From: an uncultured Clostridiaceae bacterium | GTDB taxonomy: Bacteria; Bacillota; Clostridia; DUPQ01 | Assembly (NCBI GenBank): GCA_964563155.1 | Contig: CAZLVL010000008.1 | Span: 40,310 to 104,309, forward strand | DNA length: 64,000 nucleotides | Reading direction: 5' to 3' | Shown here: piece by piece, positions 51,797 through 60,663 of the stretch | Position numbering within the stretch: the stretch's first letter is position 1 | Layout of the letters: the number at the start of each line of letters is the position of its first letter | The notes under the pieces: generated by a model | What the model was told of the DNA's origin: nothing | Databases searched by the model: none | What the model saw: the letters and a program-made list of their open reading frames with translations, nothing else | Translations under genes and position numbers: made by a program

Positions 51797-52702
51797 GTGG
51801 AGGTGTTTCAAATTTCCCCTAGTGACAATACAAAAACCAATATATTGGGTCAAGAAAGAGTACTAACAGTATATTCTAGACAAAATCCCAACCTTTCTTC
51901 CATGGAGGTTTCCTTCCATTGGTGGGATGAAGGCACTACTTCCTTGCACAAGCATGACCACTATGAATTTTTTATTATCACAGCTGGTAAGACCTACCAT
52001 GAACTAAATGGCAAGGTAGAAATATTGAATGAAAATACCCTACATTTAATAAAGCCTGAAGACATTCATCGCTTTAGCCCCTTAGAAGATTGTAAAAGCA
52101 CTCATATTAATTTCTCAGCAACCATTGAAAGATTTGATTTACTTTGTAATGCCTTGGGTATACATAGAAATCAGCTAATACAAGATCATTGTCCTTTACG
52201 CTTTTTATTGAATTCCAATGAAATGGACTTTTTTCTCCACAGAGCTGAACAACTAAACCTTCACATGAGAGAAGAGAAAAAAGACCTATATCTAATCCAA
52301 ATGACCATATGTGAAATGTTGGTCCATGGAATCTCTCTTTTATATAAACGTCACCCCCTAAGACAAGACAACCGGCCTCAGTGGCTGTGTTTGGTTTTAA
52401 GACGCCTACACTCTCCTGATATGATGGCTTGCTCCGCTGCTGATGTATATAAATTAGCTGGCTATTCTCCCCCTGTTGTCATAGAACAATTCAAAAAACA
52501 TACTGGAGAAACTGTCAGTTCCTACCTGGTAAAACTTAAGATTGACTGGGCCATAATACTTTTAAATACAACAGATATGACTATTTTAGATATTTCTCAG
52601 ACCCTAGGCTACTCTAGTGTCAGCCATTTTTGCAAACTCTTCTTTTACCAAACAGGTAAAAACCCCAGTGAATTTAGAAGGATATCTAGAACTAAATTTT
52701 AA
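51797..52702 (+). CDS. AraC family transcriptional regulator (cupin sensor + AraC HTH)
   Basis: N-terminal cupin HKHDHYEFFIITAG and C-terminal double HTH (DISQTLGYSSVSHFCKLF). The start is uncertain between GTG 51797 and ATG 51902. Confidence 0.75.
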   Translation: MEVFQISPSDNTKTNILGQERVLTVYSRQNPNLSSMEVSFHWWDEGTTSLHKHDHYEFFIITAGKTYHELNGKVEILNENTLHLIKPEDIHRFSPLEDCKSTHINFSATIERFDLLCNALGIHRNQLIQDHCPLRFLLNSNEMDFFLHRAEQLNLHMREEKKDLYLIQMTICEMLVHGISLLYKRHPLRQDNRPQWLCLVLRRLHSPDMMACSAADVYKLAGYSPPVVIEQFKKHTGETVSSYLVKLKIDWAIILLNTTDMTILDISQTLGYSSVSHFCKLFFYQTGKNPSEFRRISRTKF

Positions 52703-52732
52703 ACAGGTTAGCATAAATAATTAATAATATGG

Positions 52733-52765
52733 ATTGTAAACTCCAAATTTCACAGGTTTGAAATT
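52733..52765. repeat. Single copy of a 33-bp motif GGATTGTAAACTCCAAATTTCACAGGTTTGAAA, direct repeat of 54242-54274
   Basis: About 30 of 34 positions identical to the copy at 54242. Contains the internal palindrome AATTTCA-N6-TGAAATT. Lies in the 85-bp convergent spacer 3' of AAA gene 1. Confidence 0.7.
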
Positions 52766-52787
52766 CAACTGTATATATTCAAAAATC

Positions 52788-54083
52788 CTAAATACAAAAT
52801 GCAGCATAAAGAGGAACAGTCTTCTTTTTATCTTCAAATCCAAAGTTTTTACTGGAAAGTTTTATAGCATAAACTGGTTTAAAGTTTTCTATATACACAT
52901 TTAAACTCTTGGCCCTTGTATTATCAGCACTTTTTACTTCTATAGGAATAAGTTGGCCTTGTTTTTGAATAACAAAGTCAATCTCGGCCTCTCTACTAGA
53001 CTCCCAATAATATGTGGAATACCCATTTGCCCTTAATTGCACATTAACATAATTTTCTACCATTCCACCTTTAAAGTCATCCAATTCATCAGACATGAAA
53101 AGAATATCTTTAGCTAACAGACCTCTTTTAGCTAAATGCAGTCCTAAGTCAGAGAAATATAGCTTAAAAGCATCCCTATTTCTATTGTTCTCTAAAGGCT
53201 TTTTGACTTGTTCAACTTTATGGACAACCGATACTATTCCAGCTAGGCTAAGCCACTCAATTGCATTTTCAAATTCAGCAGCTCTTGCTCCCTTTTTAAT
53301 AAGCTTGTACTGAAATCGTGTATTTTTTTTAGATAATTGCACTGTGATATTATCATAGATAAGTCTTGTTTTTTTAATCTCATTTAAATTATTGTATTTA
53401 CTCATATCATTAAGATACGATGCTAGAATTACATCTTGGGTAGTACGGACAAGAATATAGTCTTTGGTGCTTACAAATAACTTTACACATTCAGGCATAC
53501 CACCTACAACTAAATACTGACGATAAATCTCCATGGCAATATCATGCAAAGCTTTAGGCATAGGTTGGTTACTTTCAAAGCAAATTTTAATTCGTTCAAC
53601 TAAATCATCTTTTCCTAGAGCAATCATAAATTCTTCTATATCCATAGGATGCATAGTAAACATATCTACTTTTCCGACTGGAAAGGAAAATTTTGATCTG
53701 TTTACAGCTACTCCTAATAGACTTCCTGCGGCAACAATATGATAGTCTGGAGCATCTTCACAAAAATATTTTAAGCTTGTTAAGGCTCGTTCACATAACT
53801 GAACCTCATCAAATACAATAAGTGTCTTTTCTTTAATTATGGTTTCTTTGGCAATATGTGAAAGAATAGGTATTAAATAATCAGGACTAATGCTTTCATC
53901 AAAAGTCTCTTTTAAAGTAGGGTTAGTCTCAAAGTTAAAATATGCTACATTTTCATAATGGTTACGGCCAAATTCCAAGATAGAATAAGTTTTTCCAACC
54001 TGTCTTGCTCCTTGTAAAACAAGGGGCTTTCTATGCATGCTATTTTTCCATTCTTCTAAAAACAATCTGATTTTCCTATACAT
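52788..54083 (-). CDS. AAA+ ATPase (AAA_14) fused to a DUF4143/PD-(D/E)xK-like domain, paralogue 1
   Basis: Walker A GARQVGKT and Walker B LIVFDEVQ. C-terminal EIDFVI...IPIEVK. The true start is M59 of the track ORF (54083), with a GGAGG SD 7 nt upstream; the hydrophobic N-extension in the track is spurious. Confidence 0.8.
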   Translation of the reverse strand: MYRKIRLFLEEWKNSMHRKPLVLQGARQVGKTYSILEFGRNHYENVAYFNFETNPTLKETFDESISPDYLIPILSHIAKETIIKEKTLIVFDEVQLCERALTSLKYFCEDAPDYHIVAAGSLLGVAVNRSKFSFPVGKVDMFTMHPMDIEEFMIALGKDDLVERIKICFESNQPMPKALHDIAMEIYRQYLVVGGMPECVKLFVSTKDYILVRTTQDVILASYLNDMSKYNNLNEIKKTRLIYDNITVQLSKKNTRFQYKLIKKGARAAEFENAIEWLSLAGIVSVVHKVEQVKKPLENNRNRDAFKLYFSDLGLHLAKRGLLAKDILFMSDELDDFKGGMVENYVNVQLRANGYSTYYWESSREAEIDFVIQKQGQLIPIEVKSADNTRAKSLNVYIENFKPVYAIKLSSKNFGFEDKKKTVPLYAAFCI

Positions 54084-54241
54084 AAGAGTCCTCCAAAAAG
54101 GTTCTAATGCAAGTATAATATCCTTATCTGTAAATATCAATGATATTTTAATCATATTTAACATTATTTTACAGATAATTGTTAAGAAATTTACACTATA
54201 CTGCAGATTAAGCAATAAAAATAATAAAAATAAAATAATAG

Positions 54242-54317
54242 GGATTATAAACTCCAAATCTCACGGGTTGAAAAGTCCGAATCTCACGGGTTGATATTGC
54301 ATAATTTCACGGATTGG
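54242..54317. repeat. Three tandem imperfect 23-bp repeats (AATCTCACGGGTTGA core) in the divergent promoter region of AAA genes 1 and 2
   Basis: Cores at 54257-54271, 54280-54294 and 54303-54317 (AATCTCACGGGTTGA x2, AATTTCACGGATTGG). The first copy extends into the 33-bp motif shared with 52733-52765. Confidence 0.75.
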
Positions 54318-54348
54318 TATATATTAGGGCTGAAAAGGAGCAATTACT

Positions 54349-55626
54349 ATGGATAAAAACCTGTATCTTCCTCGAATTATTGACAAACAACTTGGTGAAT
54401 ACCTTTCGGTCTTTGGAGCTGTCTGTATTGAAGGCCCAAAGTGGTGTGGAAAAACATGGACATCCTTGTATCAAAGCAATAGCCATATCTTTATTGGAGA
54501 CCCAACAGGTAATTTCCATAACAGACAGTTAGCTGAGATGTCTCCAAGTCTGGTTTTAGATGGAGAAACTCCAAGATTAATTGATGAATGGCAGGAAGTT
54601 CCCCAGTTATGGGATGCTGTTAGACATGAAGTAGATCAAAGAGGAAATAAGGGACAATTCATTCTAACTGGTTCTGCAACACCAAATCATAAAGGAATAT
54701 TGCACAGTGGTGCAGGACGAATTGCAAAACTTAGAATGCGTCCTATGTCTCTTTATGAATCTGGGGATTCTAGTGGCCTAATCTCCCTTGAGAAACTTTG
54801 TCATGGCAAATTGGAAGAAAAGATGCTAGCAAACACTGAAATAACTAAACTAATAGAGTATATAATTCGTGGTGGATGGCCTAGTAATATTGGTATGCCT
54901 ATTGAAAAGGCTGCTTTACTTCCAAAAGAGTATTTAAATGCCATAATAGATGATGATATATATCGGATGGATGGTATTAAGCGTGATACTTCAAAGATGC
55001 GATTACTCCTAAGGTCTCTTGCAAGAAATGAGAGCACAACCACTACAATTAAAAAATTAAAGAATGATATTAAGGAGATTGATGATGAGGATATTGATGT
55101 TGACAGTGTGAAAACCTATCTTGATGTGTTCAAGCGCCTATTCATAACTGATAATCAAGAACCTTTTGCCACTAACATTCGCTCATCTGTTCGGATTAAA
55201 CAAGCTGAAAAACGCCATTTTGTAGACCCTTCTCTTGCCTGTGCCTTATTAAGTGTTACCCCTGAAAGTTTATTAAATGACCTAGAAACACTAGGATTTT
55301 TATTTGAGGCCTTGTGTGAACGTGATCTAAAGATATATGCAGAATCTTTTGGTGCTAGACTTTATCATTACCAAGACTATTCAAATCGTGAGGTTGATGC
55401 TGTGATTGAATTAGCAGATGGTAATTGGTGTGCATTTGAGATTAAGCTTGGAGCTAACAAGATTGATGAAGCTGCAGCAAACCTTGTTTCATTGCACGAT
55501 TCTATAAAAGAAGAAAAAGGTGGTATTCCACCATCTATAATGTGTGTAATAAGTGGTTTAGCAAATGCAGCATACAAAAGAGATGATGGCGTTTATGTTG
55601 TACCCATTACAGCATTAAAAAATTAA
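54349..55626 (+). CDS. AAA+ ATPase (AAA_14) fused to a DUF4143/PD-(D/E)xK-like domain, paralogue 2
   Basis: Walker A GPKWCGKT and Walker B LIDEWQ. C-terminal EVDAVI...CAFEIK. AAAGGAG SD. Confidence 0.8.
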   Translation: MDKNLYLPRIIDKQLGEYLSVFGAVCIEGPKWCGKTWTSLYQSNSHIFIGDPTGNFHNRQLAEMSPSLVLDGETPRLIDEWQEVPQLWDAVRHEVDQRGNKGQFILTGSATPNHKGILHSGAGRIAKLRMRPMSLYESGDSSGLISLEKLCHGKLEEKMLANTEITKLIEYIIRGGWPSNIGMPIEKAALLPKEYLNAIIDDDIYRMDGIKRDTSKMRLLLRSLARNESTTTTIKKLKNDIKEIDDEDIDVDSVKTYLDVFKRLFITDNQEPFATNIRSSVRIKQAEKRHFVDPSLACALLSVTPESLLNDLETLGFLFEALCERDLKIYAESFGARLYHYQDYSNREVDAVIELADGNWCAFEIKLGANKIDEAAANLVSLHDSIKEEKGGIPPSIMCVISGLANAAYKRDDGVYVVPITALKN

Positions 55627-55634
55627 GGTCTTTT

Positions 55635-56687
55635 CTAGTCTAAAACCTCAATACTATTAAGCCCAGACTTCATTACCACTTTTCGTAAAAAGGGCTGGTA
55701 CATAAAGGGAGATTTTAAATATTTGAGTAATAATTTTACTTTTATAGGTATAGATTTGATTCTATATCTTCTTTCAGGATTTTTACATCTAGAGTTTAAT
55801 ACTTTTGATAACTCATAAGCACTATTAAAGGCATAACTAATACCTTCTAATGATGATGGACTTATAAATCCCGCTGCTTCACCAATTAAAAAAGCACCAT
55901 TACTACCTGTGTAAAAGCTCTTAATCCCCTTAGGCATGGAGACAAGACAAGCTTCGGTTTTAATTGGAGTGTCAAAAAGAAAGCCCTTTTTATGTAACTT
56001 CTCTTTTAAAAGTTCAAAGCTCTTTTTACCATTTTCTTTTTTAAAAGCTCCACCTAGGATGAAATAACCATTTTTTGATATGCTCCAACAATATGAATCA
56101 GTAATATCCTTATCAAAAATACAGGAATAAAAAGGAGTTATATGCTCTTCTTGAAACCATTCTTGTATAGAAAGATACTGCTTAATCTTGCGCTTAGGAA
56201 ATAGCTTACTTCTTACAAGTGAATTTGACCCATCTGCCCCAACAAGGTATTTTGTTTTTACCTTGTATTCTTTTTTGTCTTTAATATAGGTTAGTTCATA
56301 AAAACCATTTAACTTTTCAATAGAAGAACAATAGCTATTGTTTTCAATTTGTATATTTTTAGGAATCAATGAGATAAGCCACATATCAAATTTATGCCTA
56401 TCCAGGTTAATATAGAATCTTTGGTAATAGCGTAAGAGATTTTGCTTAGTATCAATGGTCTTAACTGCAAAGATTTGAGGGTCAACAAGGACCTCTTTAG
56501 GTAGAGTAAGATTAAACCTTGAAAGTGCCTTTTGGGCATCTTTGGCTAAAAGTCCACCACAAGGCTTTTTAAAGGTATCTTCATTACCACTTTTTTTATC
56601 TATAAGAAGAACCTTAAAAGACTTGTCTAAAAGTCTTGCCAAGGTAGCACCAGCAGGTCCTAATCCAATAATCGTTATATCGTACAC
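55635..56687 (-). CDS. FAD-dependent oxidoreductase (geranylgeranyl-reductase/monooxygenase-like)
   Basis: Dinucleotide motif ITIIGLGPAGATLA and the GADGSNSLVR motif. Confidence 0.75.
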   Translation of the reverse strand: MYDITIIGLGPAGATLARLLDKSFKVLLIDKKSGNEDTFKKPCGGLLAKDAQKALSRFNLTLPKEVLVDPQIFAVKTIDTKQNLLRYYQRFYINLDRHKFDMWLISLIPKNIQIENNSYCSSIEKLNGFYELTYIKDKKEYKVKTKYLVGADGSNSLVRSKLFPKRKIKQYLSIQEWFQEEHITPFYSCIFDKDITDSYCWSISKNGYFILGGAFKKENGKKSFELLKEKLHKKGFLFDTPIKTEACLVSMPKGIKSFYTGSNGAFLIGEAAGFISPSSLEGISYAFNSAYELSKVLNSRCKNPERRYRIKSIPIKVKLLLKYLKSPFMYQPFLRKVVMKSGLNSIEVLD

Positions 56688-56761
56688 TTTATCTCCCTTT
56701 TGTTTTAATTAATAATAGTTTACACCATATTATGACAAAAGATAAATAATCTTAAATCACT

Positions 56762-57046
56762 TTACTTTTCAATTATTGCTAATTCTAAATCTAGACCATC
56801 TAGTAGTCTAATAAATGTATTCATCTGGGGTATATGCCTTTCTCTTTCTAATCTGGATATAGCCTGTTGAGAAATACCTGTTATGTTTGAAAGCTCTTTT
56901 TGAGTCATGTTTTTTTTCTTTCTTTCCTCAACAACCCTGTCAATCAACTTATATTCTTGTCTTATCTTTTTGTATTCTCTATCAAACTCAGAATCTTCTC
57001 GTTTTTTAGCAACAATGTCTTTAACATTAATCTTTTCAAAACCCAT
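56762..57046 (-). CDS. XRE-family HTH transcriptional regulator
   Basis: HTH MTQKELSNITGISQQAISRLERE. Start placed at MGFEKINV (57046) with an AAGGAAG SD; the track GTG start is at 57076. Sits 74 bp upstream of the FAD oxidoreductase on the same strand. Confidence 0.7.
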   Translation of the reverse strand: MGFEKINVKDIVAKKREDSEFDREYKKIRQEYKLIDRVVEERKKKNMTQKELSNITGISQQAISRLERERHIPQMNTFIRLLDGLDLELAIIEK

Positions 57047-57184
57047 AGGTGACTTCCTTTCTAGCCAAGCAATCACTTATAAACTATTTTTTCACATATC
57101 TATACATATATACTATCAAAGAGCAATATATATTCCTATTGCTATATATTTCATATTCCTTTTTTTAGTAACAAAGACTGGCAT

Positions 57185-57224
57185 AATAAAACCCCACAAG
57201 TTTGCTTTGGTCAACTCATGGGGC
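57185..57224 (-). terminator. Probable rho-independent terminator after the acetyltransferase gene
   Basis: On the minus strand, a CCCCATGA...TTGTGGGG hairpin (G-U wobbles) followed by TTTTATT. Confidence 0.4.
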
Positions 57225-57264
57225 TTAGCTCTTAAATGGTTTTTATTTAATTATTTTCCTATTT

Positions 57265-57909
57265 TTACTCTTCAATATATTCTGGATTTAGATAAATACT
57301 GTCCTCTTCTGTAATTTCTCTAATAACACGACAAGGAACGCCCATAGCAAGACTATTTGGAGGAATATCTCTTGTGACTACAGAACCTGATGCAATAACA
57401 CAGCCTTCCCCTATAGTTACATTAGCATTTATTGTAACAGTTCCACCTATCCAGCAGTTATCTCCAATAGTAACAGAGCCTGCCCTTTCTAGATTTGTTA
57501 AAACACCTGTCTTTTCACTAACAAAAGCATTACGTTCTTGATAACGCAAAGGATGAATAGGTGTAAGAATAGAACAGTTAGGTCCAATGAAAACATTTTT
57601 ACCTATGGTAACCTTTCCTTCATCTAAAACAATAAAGTTGAAGTTGGCATAGCTACCATCGTCCATTGAAATATGTTTTCCAAAGTCAAAATAGATAGGA
57701 CCTTGTAAATAGACATTCTTACCACGATTAGGCATTAATTCTTTTAAGATCTCTTCTCTTCTTTCTGCATCAACTTCGGTTGTATCATTGTATTCTTTAC
57801 AAAGAACATGGGCACGAGTTCTCTCTTCAGGCATTCCTTCACTAAAAGGATCATATAATTTCCCAGCAAACATCTTTTCTCTTTCTGTCATTTTCTTTTT
57901 ATCAGTCAT
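57265..57909 (-). CDS. Maltose/galactoside O-acetyltransferase family (left-handed beta-helix, hexapeptide repeats)
   Basis: Mac N-terminal domain (KMFAGKLYDP) followed by hexapeptide-repeat acyltransferase coils. Confidence 0.85.
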   Translation of the reverse strand: MTDKKKMTEREKMFAGKLYDPFSEGMPEERTRAHVLCKEYNDTTEVDAERREEILKELMPNRGKNVYLQGPIYFDFGKHISMDDGSYANFNFIVLDEGKVTIGKNVFIGPNCSILTPIHPLRYQERNAFVSEKTGVLTNLERAGSVTIGDNCWIGGTVTINANVTIGEGCVIASGSVVTRDIPPNSLAMGVPCRVIREITEEDSIYLNPEYIEE

Positions 57910-57933
57910 CGCTTCTCTCCTTCTTGTTCTTAT

Positions 57934-58647
57934 CTATAGTTCAACATAACCGTAATACTTATAGCCTTTTTTAGCTTTTGCATTTTCTTTAGCATGAAAG
58001 TTAAAGGGTCTACCATAATGCTTACAAGCTACAGCATAATGACAAAGTAAAATTCCCATATCTACCTTAGTCAACTTATATGCTAAAGACATGGGTGGTT
58101 TTAAGACTTGTCTGTAAAAAAGGACTTTATCATCAGTTTTTTCAAGATACCAAGGTTGTAAATTCATTCCAGAAGGAGCAAGATGTGCTGCTTTTATACA
58201 CTCATCCTCTGGGGCATTGGTAATTTCAGAAATATCTTTACGTTTAAACTCATCTATTGTACGTCTTGCTGAACCTTCAGGTTTTCCAAAAGCAAGCACA
58301 ATTATATCTGAACGACTATGGCCCTTGGTAGCATCTTTAGATGCACCTAACCAAACTCCACCTAGTCCTTGTGAGTCTAGCCACAACATAAATTGCTGAC
58401 CAATAAATCCTGCATTTTCATCTTCCCCTTCTTTACCCTCTCCACTTATTACTAAATAATGGGGAGCTTTTACATGAAAGAGACCTTTTGCTTCTGATAC
58501 AAGACGATAACTCAACTTTACATCTGGCAACAAAGGTTCAAATGAATTAAAAAGCCCCATTATATCTTCTAGTTGCTTTTCACTTAAAGGCTGGTCAACA
58601 TATTTTCTACAAGCCTTTCTTCTACTTATTGAAGGATATAAATCCAT
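57934..58647 (-). CDS. Nitroreductase family protein
   Basis: N-terminal SRRKACRKYVDQPLSEKQL motif typical of the nitroreductase FMN-binding fold. 237 aa. Confidence 0.7.
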   Translation of the reverse strand: MDLYPSISRRKACRKYVDQPLSEKQLEDIMGLFNSFEPLLPDVKLSYRLVSEAKGLFHVKAPHYLVISGEGKEGEDENAGFIGQQFMLWLDSQGLGGVWLGASKDATKGHSRSDIIVLAFGKPEGSARRTIDEFKRKDISEITNAPEDECIKAAHLAPSGMNLQPWYLEKTDDKVLFYRQVLKPPMSLAYKLTKVDMGILLCHYAVACKHYGRPFNFHAKENAKAKKGYKYYGYVEL

Positions 58648-58754
58648 AAATTAACCTCCTAGCATAATCATATCTTATCTCTTTAAGTATCTCATATAGT
58701 TAGGCTTAAGTACAAGTAAGGGACGTAAACACCTATAAAGGGTTATTTTAAATT

Positions 58755-59327
58755 TTAGGTGTTAGTATACTTTTGTTCACAGATAAATATATACTCCATG
58801 TCTTCAATGTTTTTGTTTAATTGTTTTGCATGAAAGACATTTTCTTTAACAAAGTCAAAACCGCATTTTTCAATAACCCGTCTAGACTGATAATTTTCTT
58901 TAAAATGGCCACATGTAAAGGCTTCTATTCCATTGTTTAAATAAAAGTAGTGCATAACTGCCTTTAGGGCCTCTGGTACTAGGCCTTGTCCCCAGTAATC
59001 TTTTGATAGAACAAATCCTATCTCTTTCACCTTAAGGTTTTTGTATCTCTCATCATCATTAGCCCAAGAATAGTGTAAACCCAAAGAACCTATAACCTTA
59101 TTATCATTTTTGTTATAAAGAGCCAATACTTCCTTTTCCTCTATAAACATATTAAGTATCTTTTTTGTGGTTTCAATATTTTCATGATGGGGCCAACCTG
59201 CCATTTCCCCTACCCCAGGAACACAAGCATACTCATAGAAATCATTTAAATCAGCTTCATTCCATGAACGCAAAATTAAACGATCTGTCTCAATCTTTAA
59301 ATCTGTTACATCAACAATTACATCCAT
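58755..59327 (-). CDS. GNAT family N-acetyltransferase
   Basis: GNAT fold with acetyl-CoA motif WGQGLVPEA. The start is ambiguous between TTG 59339 and ATG 59327. Confidence 0.7.
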   Translation of the reverse strand: MDVIVDVTDLKIETDRLILRSWNEADLNDFYEYACVPGVGEMAGWPHHENIETTKKILNMFIEEKEVLALYNKNDNKVIGSLGLHYSWANDDERYKNLKVKEIGFVLSKDYWGQGLVPEALKAVMHYFYLNNGIEAFTCGHFKENYQSRRVIEKCGFDFVKENVFHAKQLNKNIEDMEYIFICEQKYTNT

Positions 59328-59353
59328 AATTAGTGCCAACTTTCTTTATATAT

Positions 59354-60574
59354 CTATATAGCCCATAAGGGAATAATCTTATGCTTATCTGTAAGGGGTA
59401 ATAGGTTATCTGAAAGACATATTATACCACCTTCTCCTATCTTAGTATCCTTAATACCATCAAGCATACCAAAGCCCTTTATCGACCTACTAGTAGGATT
59501 AGAGTGCTGTTTTACCTCTATAGGATACAAGGTATTGTCTTGAAATATGAGAAGATCAATTTCTTTATCATTGCTATCTCGTAAGAAATAGAAGTCTTTT
59601 TTTTTACCAGCGTTTGTGTAACTTTTTAATAGCTCAGTAACAACAAAGGTTTCAAAGAAATGTCCGCTCATTGCACCAACAGAAAGGGTTTCTGGTGTAA
59701 GCCAACGAGTTAAGTATGCACAAAGTCCTGTGTCTAGAAAATATAGTTTAGGGGTTTTTACCACTCGCTTTATTGCCTTGTTTGAATAAGGCTTAAGAAG
59801 ATAGATTATTCCACTGGTTTCAAGTATTGAAAGCCACCGTTTAGCTGTTGGTTCACTAATTCCTACACTTCTTGAAATAGAAGCTAAATTTAAAAGGCTG
59901 CCTGTCATTGCAGCACATGCGACCATAAATTTTAAAAACTTTATTTCATCAGTTACCTGTGTAAGACTCCTTACATCTCTTTCAATATATGTTTTTACAT
60001 AGTCGGAGTAAAAGTTTTGCCAATTAAAGCTCTTTTCTTTTGTTAATTCAGGCATAGAACCTCTATGGATAATATTCCAAGCTTCATTAATAGATAAATT
60101 TGTTTTTTCTTCTTTTCTTTTCATTAGATGTTCGAATGTTGGAAGAAATGGTTGGTTCCATTTCTCTTGTCTTATCTCTCTAAGTGACAGACCTAAAAGT
60201 TCTAGAATTCCTGCCCGCCCAGCCAAACTCTCAGTTGCGTTTTTCATTAATTGAAAACTTTGTGAGCTTGTTAGAAAATAGTCTCCTTTATTACGGCTTT
60301 TATCCAAAGACATTTTGATATATGAAAATATTTCAGGAACATACTGCACTTCGTCAAAGAATACAGGAGGTGGATTTAATTGTAAAAATGCTCCAGGTTC
60401 TGAACTTGCCTGTAAGCGAAGAGAAAAATCATCAAATGTAATTTTTGTAATATCAGGCTTTATATTTTCAATCAAGGTAGTCTTACCAACTTGTCTAGCA
60501 CCGGTAACAACAACTGCGCCTTTTTCCTTAGCTCGTTCTAAGACTGCAGCTTCAATGTGTCGTTTTATATACAT
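59354..60574 (-). CDS. AAA+ ATPase (AAA_14) fused to a DUF4143/PD-(D/E)xK-like domain, paralogue 3
   Basis: Walker A GARQVGKT and Walker B VFFDEVQ. C-terminal EIDLLI...YPIEVK. Start at MYIKRH (60574) with a GGAGGG SD. Confidence 0.8.
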   Translation of the reverse strand: MYIKRHIEAAVLERAKEKGAVVVTGARQVGKTTLIENIKPDITKITFDDFSLRLQASSEPGAFLQLNPPPVFFDEVQYVPEIFSYIKMSLDKSRNKGDYFLTSSQSFQLMKNATESLAGRAGILELLGLSLREIRQEKWNQPFLPTFEHLMKRKEEKTNLSINEAWNIIHRGSMPELTKEKSFNWQNFYSDYVKTYIERDVRSLTQVTDEIKFLKFMVACAAMTGSLLNLASISRSVGISEPTAKRWLSILETSGIIYLLKPYSNKAIKRVVKTPKLYFLDTGLCAYLTRWLTPETLSVGAMSGHFFETFVVTELLKSYTNAGKKKDFYFLRDSNDKEIDLLIFQDNTLYPIEVKQHSNPTSRSIKGFGMLDGIKDTKIGEGGIICLSDNLLPLTDKHKIIPLWAI

Positions 60575-60663
60575 TAGGCCCTCCATGTTTATGATATACT
60601 AATATTCAATGTTATGATATCATAAATATATAAACTTTCAAATAGTTTGATCTTTCAAAGCCT

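Noticed and set aside
54084-54257. Hydrophobic 58-aa N-terminal extension of AAA gene 1 (MEFIIPIILFLLF...) as a membrane anchor
   Set aside because: The internal ATG at 54083 has a perfect GGAGG SD. The two paralogues start at the equivalent position with no such extension. The extension overlaps the tandem-repeat promoter region.
57046-57264. Possible RelE/HigB-type toxin partner for the small XRE (HigA-like) regulator
   Set aside because: Only about 190 bp of non-coding DNA lies upstream. It contains a terminator hairpin and no ORF of 60 aa or more on the correct strand. The regulator is instead 74 bp upstream of the FAD oxidoreductase and is more likely its transcriptional regulator.
56907-57314. 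Plus-strand 135-aa ORF overlapping the XRE gene and the acetyltransferase terminator
   Set aside because: It is antisense to a good HTH gene. It is extremely Phe/Leu/Ile-rich and low-complexity, and has no SD.
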